A DNA stretch of 64,000 bases from Candidatus Omnitrophota bacterium. GTDB taxonomy: Bacteria > Omnitrophota > Gorgyraeia > Zapsychrales > Zapsychraceae. The position numbers were made by a program, and so were the translations under genes. The number at the start of each line of letters is the position of its first letter. The first letter of the stretch is position 1. Shown here in pieces: positions 1 to 8,499 of the stretch. The stretch covers positions 155,484-219,483 of the forward strand of contig DATDQB010000020.1 of the NCBI GenBank assembly GCA_035292445.1. The letters run 5' to 3'. The notes below the pieces were generated by a model that was not told the DNA's origin, searched no databases, and saw only the letters and a list, made by a program, of their open reading frames with translations.

Positions 1-567
1 CAGGCCTTGAACAATCTGGAGATGTCCCGTTACTACGAAGATGCCGTGAACCTGTCCCAAAAACTGACCCAATGGTTTAATGAGCCCAAACAACGCCGAA
101 ACCAGTTTGTCATCTGCTCCGGTGGCGGCCCCGGCATCATGGAAGCGGCCAACCTGGGGGCCCAGAAGGCCGGTGGAAAATCCGTCGGCTTGAATATTAG
201 TCTCCCTATGGAACAATATCCCAATCCGTATCAGACCAAAGACCTTGCTTTTGAATTTCACTATTTCTTCATCAGAAAATTCTGGTTTTTTTATCTGGCC
301 AAAGCGTTGGTGATCTTTCCCGGCGGGTTCGGGACACTTGATGAATTCTTTGAGCTTTTGACCCTTATCCAAACGAAAAAGACAAAAAAACACATGCCGG
401 TTGTCATGTACGGAAAAGACTATTGGGATGAAGTGATCAATTTTAAAGCTATGGCCAAATGGGGGGCTATTTCCAAAGAGGACATGAAGCTCTTCAAAGC
501 TTTTAATAAAGTAGATGAGACCTTTGAATATTTAAAACAAGAGCTCACCAAATATTATTTCAAATAA
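1..567 (+). CDS. LOG/Rossmann-fold (TIGR00730-like) nucleotide monophosphate nucleosidase, 5'-truncated by window edge
   Basis: SGGGPGIMEAAN and FPGGFGTLDE motifs typical of the LOG family; frame open from position 1. Confidence 0.9.
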   Translation, partial: QALNNLEMSRYYEDAVNLSQKLTQWFNEPKQRRNQFVICSGGGPGIMEAANLGAQKAGGKSVGLNISLPMEQYPNPYQTKDLAFEFHYFFIRKFWFFYLAKALVIFPGGFGTLDEFFELLTLIQTKKTKKHMPVVMYGKDYWDEVINFKAMAKWGAISKEDMKLFKAFNKVDETFEYLKQELTKYYFK

Positions 568-569
568 AC

Positions 570-3500
570 TTATTTTCCCGGCGGGACACATTCATAACAT
601 TTGAGGATAGGACTCTTTCGGGAAGGATGAAAGAGGATCAACCCGACTTCTTCGCAATTCTCTTCCGCTTTGCAGGCTGAACAATCACGGGCATACCCCT
701 CGTCCAAACATTCGGCATCGCCCAACTCGATTGTAACTGGCCTCTTCGGTGCTTCCTGTTTCTTTTCTGCGCATTGATAGCATGTCTCTCCCTGTTTCGT
801 CTTTTGCGCCTCAACGCATTCTTTATTGGCGCTGGCAAGGCAGCTGTTATCGCATTCGCTCTTGCTTAAAGCGCCCAGATCCGCGCAAGCCTCTTGCCGT
901 ACGGCACATGTATAACAGGGCTCCCCTTGTTTGGTTTGTCCCGCGTGAGCGCACTGCGAATCGGGTTTCTGGTTACACGGCGCGCATTCCTGCTCGGACA
1001 AAAGCCCCAGATCGGCACAGGTCTGTGGTATTTCCACACAACTATAACATTGTTGCCCCTGGTTGGTCGCTTGGGCCGTGACGCATTTTTTCGAGGCAAC
1101 GGCCTGGCAGGCGACGCAATCCGCCGCCGTTATCAGCCCTAAATCTTGGCAAATCTGCGGCTTCTCAACGCAATTGAAACATTGTTTGCCTTCGTTCGTC
1201 TTTTGCCCGGGCTGGCATTGCATCTTCGGGTCTTGAGCGCACTGGGCGCATTGTGCTTCATCCAATTGGTTCAGATCCGCGCAGGCTTGCGGTTTATCAA
1301 CGCAGGAATAACACGGCTGGCCTTCTTTGGTAGGCTGGGCCGGCTGGCATTCTTTACGCGGATTTTCATTGCATAAACGGCATTCGGTTTCATTCAAAAG
1401 CCCCAGGTCTTGGCATTGCTGCGGCTTTTCGAGGCAAACATAACATTGGCCGCCCTGTTTGGTTTTATCGCCGAGTTTACATTCCGTTCTCGCGTTTGTC
1501 TCGCACTGGCGGCATTCTTCGTCGCTCAGTTGCCCGATGTCCTGACAGCTTTGCTCTTTCTCGACGAGCTTCTCAACACAAGCATAACATTGCGTTCCTT
1601 CTTTGGTCTGCTTATCCTCGCGGCATTCGGTCTTGGAGTTACGGTTACAGAGTCGGCATTCCCGCTCATCCAACAATTCCAGATCGGCGCAGGTCTGCGG
1701 CTTTTCAATGCAAACAAAACACTGCTTGCCTTCCTTGGTTTTGTCGCCAAATTTACATTCGGCTCTCGCATTCGCTTCGCAATCACGGCACCCTGCCTCA
1801 TCCAATTGAGCAAGGTCCCCGCAGGTTTGCGGCCTATCAACGCAGCTAAAGCATTGCATCCCTTGCTTGGTCTTTTTAGCGCTTTGACATTCTTTCTTCG
1901 CATCCGTTGAACAATTCCCGCAACCGGCTTCATCCAACAATTGCAGATCAGCGCAAGTTTGCGGCCTTTCCACGCAACCGTAACATTGTTTCCCTTCTTT
2001 GGTCTGTTGGGCCGGCTGGCATTCAAAATTTCCTTTTGACGTGCATGATCCACATTGTGTTTCATCAATGAGATCGAGATCTTTGCATTCCTGAGGTTTA
2101 TCTACGCAAACGAAACATGGCAGGCCTTCTTTGGTCTTGTTGCCTTCTTTGCATTCGGTCTTGGAATTGCGGTTGCACAAACGGCATTCGCGTTCATCCA
2201 ATTGCTCCAAGTCAGCGCACGTTTGCGGTCTATCGGCGCAGCTGAAACATTGTTCGCCCTCATTGGTCTTTTGAGCGATCACACATTCTTTTTTCGGATC
2301 AGATTCGCATTGGACGCACGCATCAGCCTCGACCAATCCCAGATCGGCACACACCTGCGGGCGATCCTCGCAGGAGAAACACTGCTGGCCTTCTTTTGTC
2401 CGACGGGAACTGGCGCATTGTTTCTTGGGATCCTGCGTGCAGGAGGCACAATCGCCCTCGCTGATAAGGCCCAGGTCAACGCAGGTTTGCGGCTTTTCAA
2501 CGCAGCTGAAACACTGTTTTCCTTCCTTGGTTGGCTGGGCTGGCTGGCACTCGGCATTCCCTTTGGCCACACATGACTCACATTGCGTTTCATCAATAAG
2601 ATCCAGATCGCGGCATTCCTGAGGCTTATCCACGCAAATAAAACATTGCGCGCCTTCCTTAGTTTTATTACCCTCTTTGCATTCGGTCTTGGAATTGCGG
2701 TTGCATAGCCGGCAGTCACGTTCATCCAATTGCTCCAGATCCACACAGGTCTGCGGCTTATCAATACAACTAAAACAAGCTTCGCCCTCTTCGGTCTTTT
2801 TATCCGGTTTGCATTCCTTGCCGGCCTCGACACACCCGATGCATTGATTGGCATCAATAAGCCCCAAATCGCTGCATGACTGCGGTTTGTCGGCGCAAAC
2901 AAAACATTGCTCCCCTTCATTTGTTATCTTATCGGCTTGGCATATCTTGGCGGGATCGGAAGTACATTCTTGGCATTGCGCTTCATTTAATAAATCCAAA
3001 TCGGCGCATTCCTGCGGGCGCAGTTCACAACTGTAACATTGCATCCCCTCTTTGGTCCTTTGGGAAATAACACAACGTTTTTTTGAATCTCTCTCACATT
3101 TCTTGCATTCATCAATGCTAATAAGTCCGAAATCATCGCAACTTTGCGGTTTTTCGGTACAAACAAAACATTGCCTGCCCTCTTTTGTTTTATTGCCTTC
3201 GTTACATTCCGTGTTGGGTTTTTGAAGGCACCCCTCGCAAGAGGCTTTCTCCAATTGGCCGATATCCGTGCAGGTCTGCGGTTTATCGAGGCAAACAAAA
3301 CACGCTAGCCCTTGTTTGGTTTTCTTATCCGGTTTACATTCCTTATTAGGATCTTCGCCACAAAGCTTGCAGCCAGGCTCATCCAAGAGGTTTAGATCGG
3401 CGCAGGTCTGGAGTTTATCGAGGCATCTGAAGCAGGCTTTGCCTTCTTTGGTCTTTTTGCCGGCGAGGCATTCTTTCGATGGGTCTTTCACGCATTCGGC

Positions 3501-5615
3501 GCACTGATCGGCATCAAGCAAATCAAGATCACGGCACTCCTGCGGTTTGTCAACACAGCTAAAACATGACAGGCCTTCTTTGGTTTTATCGGCTTTCTTA
3601 CATTCTTTCGATTCCTCTGTGCATAAATCACAAAATTCCTCGTCGAAAAACCCGATATCGGCGCAGGTCTGCGGCCGCTCCACGCAGGAATAACACAGCT
3701 CGCCTCCTTCAGTGCTCTTATCGGCCTTGCATTCTTTCTTCTTGTCTGCTTCACAGGAAGAGCAGCCACCCCTGGAAATTAACCCGAGGTCTTCGCATTC
3801 CTGCGGCCTTTGGACGCATTCAAAACATGGCGTGCCTTCCTTTGTTTTCTTCTTGGGCCGGCATTCGCTTCTAGGCTTTTGGGCACACTCCTGGCAGGCA
3901 GCTTCATCCGAAAGCCCCAGGTCAGAACATGTTTCAGGACGGTCCTCACACTCAAAACATGGCTTACCTTCTTTGGTCACTTTATCTTTGACGCATTGCT
4001 TCTTTCGGTTACGCTCGCAAGAAGCGCAATCTTTTTCATCCAACAAATTGAGTTCAGCGCATTCTTGGGATTTCTCAGCGCAAACGTAACACTGTTTGCC
4101 TTCTTTGGTCTTCTGATCCTGACGGCATTCGGTCTTTTTGTTGCGATCGCACGCGGGGCAATCGCCTTTATCGAGCAAGCCTAAATCGACACATTCCTGC
4201 GGCTTATCGACACAGGCAAAGCATTGTTTGTCCTCTTTGGTAGATTCCGCTTGTTTGCACTCTTTGCGCGGGTTTTGTTCGCACGAAACACCGCAATCTT
4301 TCTTATCAAGAAGCCCGATATCGACACATTCCTGCGGCTTATCCACACAAGTAAAACATGGCTTGCCTTCTTTGGTTTTCTGGGCCTCCTTGCACTCGCT
4401 TCTGTTATCTTCTTCGCATTGGGCGCAACCCTTTTGATCAAAAAAGCCGATATCTATGCATTCCTGGGGCCTGTCAACGCAGGCAAAACATGGCTTGCCT
4501 TCTTTGGTTTGCTTGGACGCTTCGCATATCTTCTTGGGATTTTGAGTACAAACAGCGCAATCTTTTTCATCGAGCAACTTCAGGTCAACACACTCCTGCG
4601 GCTTATCGATGCATTTAAAGCACGAGACCCCCTCTTTTATGTTTCTTAAAGGAACACATTGCTTGGAAGGGTCTTTGGCGCAGGATGGGCATTCTTTTTC
4701 GTCGATCAAATCAAGGTCGGCGCATGTTTCGGAGCGCGACACGCACGCGTAACATTGCCTGCCTTCCTTGGTCTGCTGGGCCGGCTGGCATTCCATCTTG
4801 AGATCGCTCGAACACTGCCGGCAATCCTTTCTCTCCAATAAACCAATGTCGGGACACTCTTGCTCTTGCTCCAGGCATTTATAACACTGTTTGCCAGTCT
4901 TTGTTTTCTTGATCTCAACGCACTGTTTATGGCGTGCAATGTTGCAGGCGTCGCATTCTTTCTTATCGATCAAACGCATATCGGCGCATTCGTTGGTGCG
5001 CAAGACGCATTCGAAACATTCCGTGCCGTCTTCCGCTGTTTCTTTCACGACGCATTCCATGAACGGATTGACATTGCAGGCCTTGCATTCGGAGATGGTG
5101 AGCAAACCGAGCTCTTTACAGACGGGTGGTTTCGACTCGCATTGAAAACAGGAATCTCCGTCAATGGTCTTGCGGACAAAAACGCATTCACCGTAAGGGA
5201 TCTTCTGGCACTCGGAGCATTGCCCTTTATCCAGAAGCTTTATTTCGCGGCATTGTTGGCGGCGCTGCAGGCATTCATAGCATTGTTCACCGCTTTTGGT
5301 CTTTAAACTGGGCTGGCAGACGTTTTTGGGGACGTCTTCACATTGACCGCAGTCTTCTCGTTTGATGAGGCCGACTTCTCGGCACGTTTGGGGGGCAGGC
5401 AGCGGGGAAACTTTAGGTTGTCCAAGAGTTTGGCGGGAGGTGGCCAAAGTATCTATTGGGAGTTTCTCCCGCTGCACAAGTGTCGATACGCTATTATTTT
5501 CAAGTTGCTGGAGCGCCTGTGGCCCCGTGGCTGCTCCAGATCTGTCTTCAGCTATTAAAGAGAAAGATATCAGTGAGCAAATAAAAACGACCGCCGCCAA
5601 TTTCGATATCTTCAT
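570..5615 (-). CDS. Giant secreted cysteine-rich tandem-repeat protein (35 regular + 1 degenerate ~44-aa, 6-Cys repeats)
   Basis: 1681-aa ORF; N-terminal signal peptide MKISKLAAVVFICSLISFSLIA; AGGAAGG-like RBS; repeat C-x10-C-x2-C-x7-C-x11-C-x2-C-x6. Confidence 0.9.
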   Translation of the reverse strand: MKISKLAAVVFICSLISFSLIAEDRSGAATGPQALQQLENNSVSTLVQREKLPIDTLATSRQTLGQPKVSPLPAPQTCREVGLIKREDCGQCEDVPKNVCQPSLKTKSGEQCYECLQRRQQCREIKLLDKGQCSECQKIPYGECVFVRKTIDGDSCFQCESKPPVCKELGLLTISECKACNVNPFMECVVKETAEDGTECFECVLRTNECADMRLIDKKECDACNIARHKQCVEIKKTKTGKQCYKCLEQEQECPDIGLLERKDCRQCSSDLKMECQPAQQTKEGRQCYACVSRSETCADLDLIDEKECPSCAKDPSKQCVPLRNIKEGVSCFKCIDKPQECVDLKLLDEKDCAVCTQNPKKICEASKQTKEGKPCFACVDRPQECIDIGFFDQKGCAQCEEDNRSECKEAQKTKEGKPCFTCVDKPQECVDIGLLDKKDCGVSCEQNPRKECKQAESTKEDKQCFACVDKPQECVDLGLLDKGDCPACDRNKKTECRQDQKTKEGKQCYVCAEKSQECAELNLLDEKDCASCERNRKKQCVKDKVTKEGKPCFECEDRPETCSDLGLSDEAACQECAQKPRSECRPKKKTKEGTPCFECVQRPQECEDLGLISRGGCSSCEADKKKECKADKSTEGGELCYSCVERPQTCADIGFFDEEFCDLCTEESKECKKADKTKEGLSCFSCVDKPQECRDLDLLDADQCAECVKDPSKECLAGKKTKEGKACFRCLDKLQTCADLNLLDEPGCKLCGEDPNKECKPDKKTKQGLACFVCLDKPQTCTDIGQLEKASCEGCLQKPNTECNEGNKTKEGRQCFVCTEKPQSCDDFGLISIDECKKCERDSKKRCVISQRTKEGMQCYSCELRPQECADLDLLNEAQCQECTSDPAKICQADKITNEGEQCFVCADKPQSCSDLGLIDANQCIGCVEAGKECKPDKKTEEGEACFSCIDKPQTCVDLEQLDERDCRLCNRNSKTECKEGNKTKEGAQCFICVDKPQECRDLDLIDETQCESCVAKGNAECQPAQPTKEGKQCFSCVEKPQTCVDLGLISEGDCASCTQDPKKQCASSRRTKEGQQCFSCEDRPQVCADLGLVEADACVQCESDPKKECVIAQKTNEGEQCFSCADRPQTCADLEQLDERECRLCNRNSKTECKEGNKTKEGLPCFVCVDKPQECKDLDLIDETQCGSCTSKGNFECQPAQQTKEGKQCYGCVERPQTCADLQLLDEAGCGNCSTDAKKECQSAKKTKQGMQCFSCVDRPQTCGDLAQLDEAGCRDCEANARAECKFGDKTKEGKQCFVCIEKPQTCADLELLDERECRLCNRNSKTECREDKQTKEGTQCYACVEKLVEKEQSCQDIGQLSDEECRQCETNARTECKLGDKTKQGGQCYVCLEKPQQCQDLGLLNETECRLCNENPRKECQPAQPTKEGQPCYSCVDKPQACADLNQLDEAQCAQCAQDPKMQCQPGQKTNEGKQCFNCVEKPQICQDLGLITAADCVACQAVASKKCVTAQATNQGQQCYSCVEIPQTCADLGLLSEQECAPCNQKPDSQCAHAGQTKQGEPCYTCAVRQEACADLGALSKSECDNSCLASANKECVEAQKTKQGETCYQCAEKKQEAPKRPVTIELGDAECLDEGYARDCSACKAEENCEEVGLILFHPSRKSPILKCYECVPPGK

Positions 5616-5668
5616 TGCCCTTCCTTAACTTATTCGTAATCAAGAAAATAAAACTCATTACTCTATAC

Positions 5669-7750
5669 TCACATTCTACTTAAAATATCCTTTGTTTCAA
5701 GTGTTTCAAACGGAATCTCTTTGGGAATGCTCACCGTCAATTTAATTTGGCCAGTGGCCATTAACTCTTCCGACTCGATTTTCATGTAACTCGAAAGCTC
5801 AGCGGCATCTACACCCAACTCAAACGCTAATTCCTTTTGCGCCTCCTCAAGCGTCAGCTTGCGGGCCATGGCATATTTGATCTTATCCGAGGCGCTGACC
5901 ATCTCAAGGGGCTTGGAAATCTTGGTTAAATAAATACGGTTTTCCTGAACTCCCTTTTGCGCCCTGAAATTAAAAACCCCCACCTGATCCAAACCATAAT
6001 TGGCCACATAAATCTTCCCGTTGGCGACCGTTACGCTGGAAAGGCTAGGAAAATAACTGGGTCCCTGGCCGTTGGAGCCGAAATCCATCACCAATTCGCC
6101 GTTGGGATCAATGATCGTCACTTTGTGCCGGCCCCGATCCGCCACGTACAGATAATCATGCTCATCAATGCTTAGATCAACAGGGTCTTCAAATTGTATT
6201 TCCTGGTCCAACAACCCGCCGATCTGGCGGATGAATTCGCCGCCTTTGGTGAAGATCTGGATGCGCCTGTTCCTGCTGTCCAAAACAAATAACCGATCTC
6301 TTGAATCAAAAGCGACCGTTTTAGGGCTTAAGAACGTCCCCGGCGACGGGCCGGCCTCGTTCATTCTTTCTGATTTCTCTCCGAAAGCTTTCAGGTAAAT
6401 ACCGTCTTCGCTGAAGATCTGAATGCGGTTGTTCTTGCTGTCAGCGACATAGATGTTCCCCTGGCTGTCCGCGGCAACCCCGCCCAACGCGTTGAATTCA
6501 CCGGCTTGATCACCGCGCTTACCGAAAAAATAGGTCGGATTCCCTTCCTGGTCCAGAAGCTGAAGCCGATGATTCCCTGTGTCGGCGACCAAAATCCTTC
6601 CTCTGGGATCCACCTCAATGGATCCCGGCCGTTTCAATTGATGTAAATTCTCGTTCAATGGCTGGAACGTTAAATGGGCCGGGTCCTTGATAAGGATTTC
6701 TCCCCGCTTCTCGGCTAAAGCATAAAGCCCTTTTTGCTCGTCATAATTAAGATCAACAACGCTGGGACCGGCATCAATCGAACGATCATAATCAAGAAGG
6801 GGCGGTAAATAGACCGCTGGCTCAAGATTGCCCTTAGGGCTTCCTGTGATCTCCAATACCTGAACGCGCCGATTCCTGGCATCCGCCACATAAACATGAC
6901 CCGTCCGATCCGCCGTGATCCCCGATGGCCAGTTAAACTGTCCTTTACCGTCCCCTTGAGATCCGAAAGAAAACAATAACTTCTTGTTTTGATCGATCTT
7001 TTTGACGCTGTGCGAATCCGTCTCGATCAAATAAATATCCCCTCGCATGTCAACGGAAATACCCGCCGAGCTGGAAATAAGGTCCTTCCCCTCCGCCTTG
7101 AGAGTGATCTGTTCATATTCATATGTCTTCAAATTAAATTTAATGATACGCCCGATGCCCGGCATAAGGACGTAAAGATGCTCGTTAAGATCGAAAACCA
7201 AATCCGTCGGCTTAAAGCTTAACCGTCGGTAATCCAGAAATGCCCCGTTGGGGGAAAACTTGGAAATGGTCTTATTGGTGCTGTCGCCGATATAGATGTT
7301 TCCGATGTTATCAATGGCAATGCTGTCGGGCGATTTAAACTGCCCTTCGTCCTTCCCGTAATGGCCCAGCTGAAAGACAAATTCGCCTTGAGGGCCGAAG
7401 ACCTGCACGCGGCTATTGCCGGTATCCGCTACAACCACGTTTCCCGTTAATGTTAAAGCGACCGCTTTAGGCTGATTGAACTCACCGATATTCGAACCTC
7501 TTTGGCCGAAAGAACTTTTTAATTCCCCCTGTGGATTAAAGACGGATACCTTTGCCTGCTTTCGATCCAGCACATAAATGTCGCCGCTGTCATTGACCGC
7601 GGCATCAATAGGCTCCTGCAGGCCTTCCGTTAATTCCCGTACAAACTTGACCTCTTCAAGCGCCCACGAATCCTGAACATTCAGACCGATAAGACCAATC
7701 GTGAAGGCCAGCAGGAACGAATAGTTTCGGAATATTTTCCTTTGTTTCAT
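5669..7750 (-). CDS. Secreted NHL-repeat protein (two 6-bladed beta-propellers) with extra C-terminal domain
   Basis: Signal peptide ending SWA; many GQF.xP.GIA.D..G.IYVAD.N.R.Q.F NHL repeats in two blocks; start may be 7759 (GTG). Confidence 0.88.
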   Translation of the reverse strand: MKQRKIFRNYSFLLAFTIGLIGLNVQDSWALEEVKFVRELTEGLQEPIDAAVNDSGDIYVLDRKQAKVSVFNPQGELKSSFGQRGSNIGEFNQPKAVALTLTGNVVVADTGNSRVQVFGPQGEFVFQLGHYGKDEGQFKSPDSIAIDNIGNIYIGDSTNKTISKFSPNGAFLDYRRLSFKPTDLVFDLNEHLYVLMPGIGRIIKFNLKTYEYEQITLKAEGKDLISSSAGISVDMRGDIYLIETDSHSVKKIDQNKKLLFSFGSQGDGKGQFNWPSGITADRTGHVYVADARNRRVQVLEITGSPKGNLEPAVYLPPLLDYDRSIDAGPSVVDLNYDEQKGLYALAEKRGEILIKDPAHLTFQPLNENLHQLKRPGSIEVDPRGRILVADTGNHRLQLLDQEGNPTYFFGKRGDQAGEFNALGGVAADSQGNIYVADSKNNRIQIFSEDGIYLKAFGEKSERMNEAGPSPGTFLSPKTVAFDSRDRLFVLDSRNRRIQIFTKGGEFIRQIGGLLDQEIQFEDPVDLSIDEHDYLYVADRGRHKVTIIDPNGELVMDFGSNGQGPSYFPSLSSVTVANGKIYVANYGLDQVGVFNFRAQKGVQENRIYLTKISKPLEMVSASDKIKYAMARKLTLEEAQKELAFELGVDAAELSSYMKIESEELMATGQIKLTVSIPKEIPFETLETKDILSRM

Positions 7751-7782
7751 AAACCCCACCCCATCAATAGATTTTTCACAAC

Positions 7783-7814
7783 AAAAAAGGCCTATTCCAA
7801 AAGGAATAGGCCTT
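7783..7814 (-). terminator. Intrinsic terminator, expression platform of the downstream riboswitch
   Basis: Minus strand reads AAGGCCTATTCC-TTTT-GGAATAGGCC-TTTTTT. Confidence 0.85.
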
Positions 7815-7852
7815 AGCTAGACAGAATCTATCTGTTAAAAAAGATGCTTTGA

Positions 7853-8078
7853 TTCGGCAGCTGGCTATCCCTTTTCAAGGACCCTTCCCCGACGCTTCGG
7901 TCGGGGCCCCGACTTCCTCATTTAATTTTTTCTGAGGAAACGTCGGGGTAGTTTTGCGACCCCGGATTACTCCGCCCCGCTTCGCCGAATTACTTTCGTA
8001 TTCGGCTACGCAGGACGTTCTGCGAAGCTCAAACGTGAAAACTTTTGAGCGAAGCAGAACGGGTGTGCCTTTTTCGTC
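7853..8078 (-). promoter_or_regulatory. c-di-GMP-I (GEMM-I) riboswitch, G20 type, with inserts in P2 (87 nt) and P3 (62 nt)
   Basis: Minus strand: CGAAAAAGGCACACCC[ins]GGA-GTAA-TCCGGG-GTCGCAAAACTA[ins]AAGGGTCC...GGATAGCCAGCTGCCGAA matches the GEMM-I core once the inserts are removed. Confidence 0.75.
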
Positions 8079-8127
8079 AAAAAGACGAATTTTTAAAGAA
8101 CTGTTAGAAATTTATCTATCATCAAAC

Positions 8128-8161
8128 AAAAAGCCTGTCCGCACATAAATAGAGGACAGGC
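8128..8161 (-). terminator. Intrinsic terminator following the upstream riboswitch
   Basis: Minus strand GCCTGTCC-N13-GGACAGGC-TTTTT. Confidence 0.75.
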
Positions 8162-8187
8162 CTTGAACGTCTTTCTTGCTGTTTTGA

Positions 8188-8352
8188 TTCGGCAACTGGC
8201 TATCCTCGTGAAAGGACCCTATTAGCTTTGCGTCCCTGAGTTACCCCGCTCTACTACGCCAAATACTTAACGTATTTGGCTTCGAAGAGCGTTCTGCGAA
8301 GCTCAAACGTGAAAACTTTTGAGCGAAGCAGAACAGGTTTGCTATTATCGTC
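8188..8352 (-). promoter_or_regulatory. GEMM-I riboswitch, A20 type (c-AMP-GMP-like variant), with 87-nt P2 insert
   Basis: Minus strand: CGATAATAGCAAACCT[ins]GGG-GTAA-CTCAGG-GACGCAAAGCTAATAGGGTCC...GGATAGCCAGTTGCCGAA. Confidence 0.82.
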
Positions 8353-8382
8353 AAAAACAATGAGCAACTGACACCTAATGGA

Positions 8383-8411
8383 AGTATAAACTATGCCCGG
8401 CTAAAATGCAA
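8383..8411 (-). promoter_or_regulatory. sigma70-type promoter for the riboswitch leader/NHL/Cys-rich operon
   Basis: TTGCAT-17 nt-TATACT on minus strand about 30 nt before the first aptamer. Confidence 0.6.
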
Positions 8412-8460
8412 ATGATCGGAGGAAACTTCATTTAACACACCCAAATAAATCAGTACCCGT

Positions 8461-8489
8461 TTGACTTAACGCATTTTGTTCTCTAAAAT
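8461..8489 (+). promoter_or_regulatory. sigma70-type promoter for AI-2E gene
   Basis: TTGACT-17 nt-TAAAAT ending 10 nt before ATG 8500. Confidence 0.5.
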
Positions 8490-8499
8490 AACGATATAT

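Noticed and set aside
570-5615. Multiheme cytochrome or polyferredoxin interpretation of the Cys-rich protein
   Set aside because: No CxxCH motifs and no CxxCxxCxxxCP ferredoxin spacing
749-5628. Many alternative-frame and antisense ORFs over the Cys-repeat gene
   Set aside because: Shadows of a repetitive coding sequence, with no independent motifs
7954-8148. 64-aa plus-strand ORF in the riboswitch leader
   Set aside because: TTG start, antisense to structured RNA, no coding features
8016-8334. 45-bp direct repeat as a CRISPR array
   Set aside because: Only two copies, 274 nt apart, both embedded in riboswitch aptamers; no cas genes
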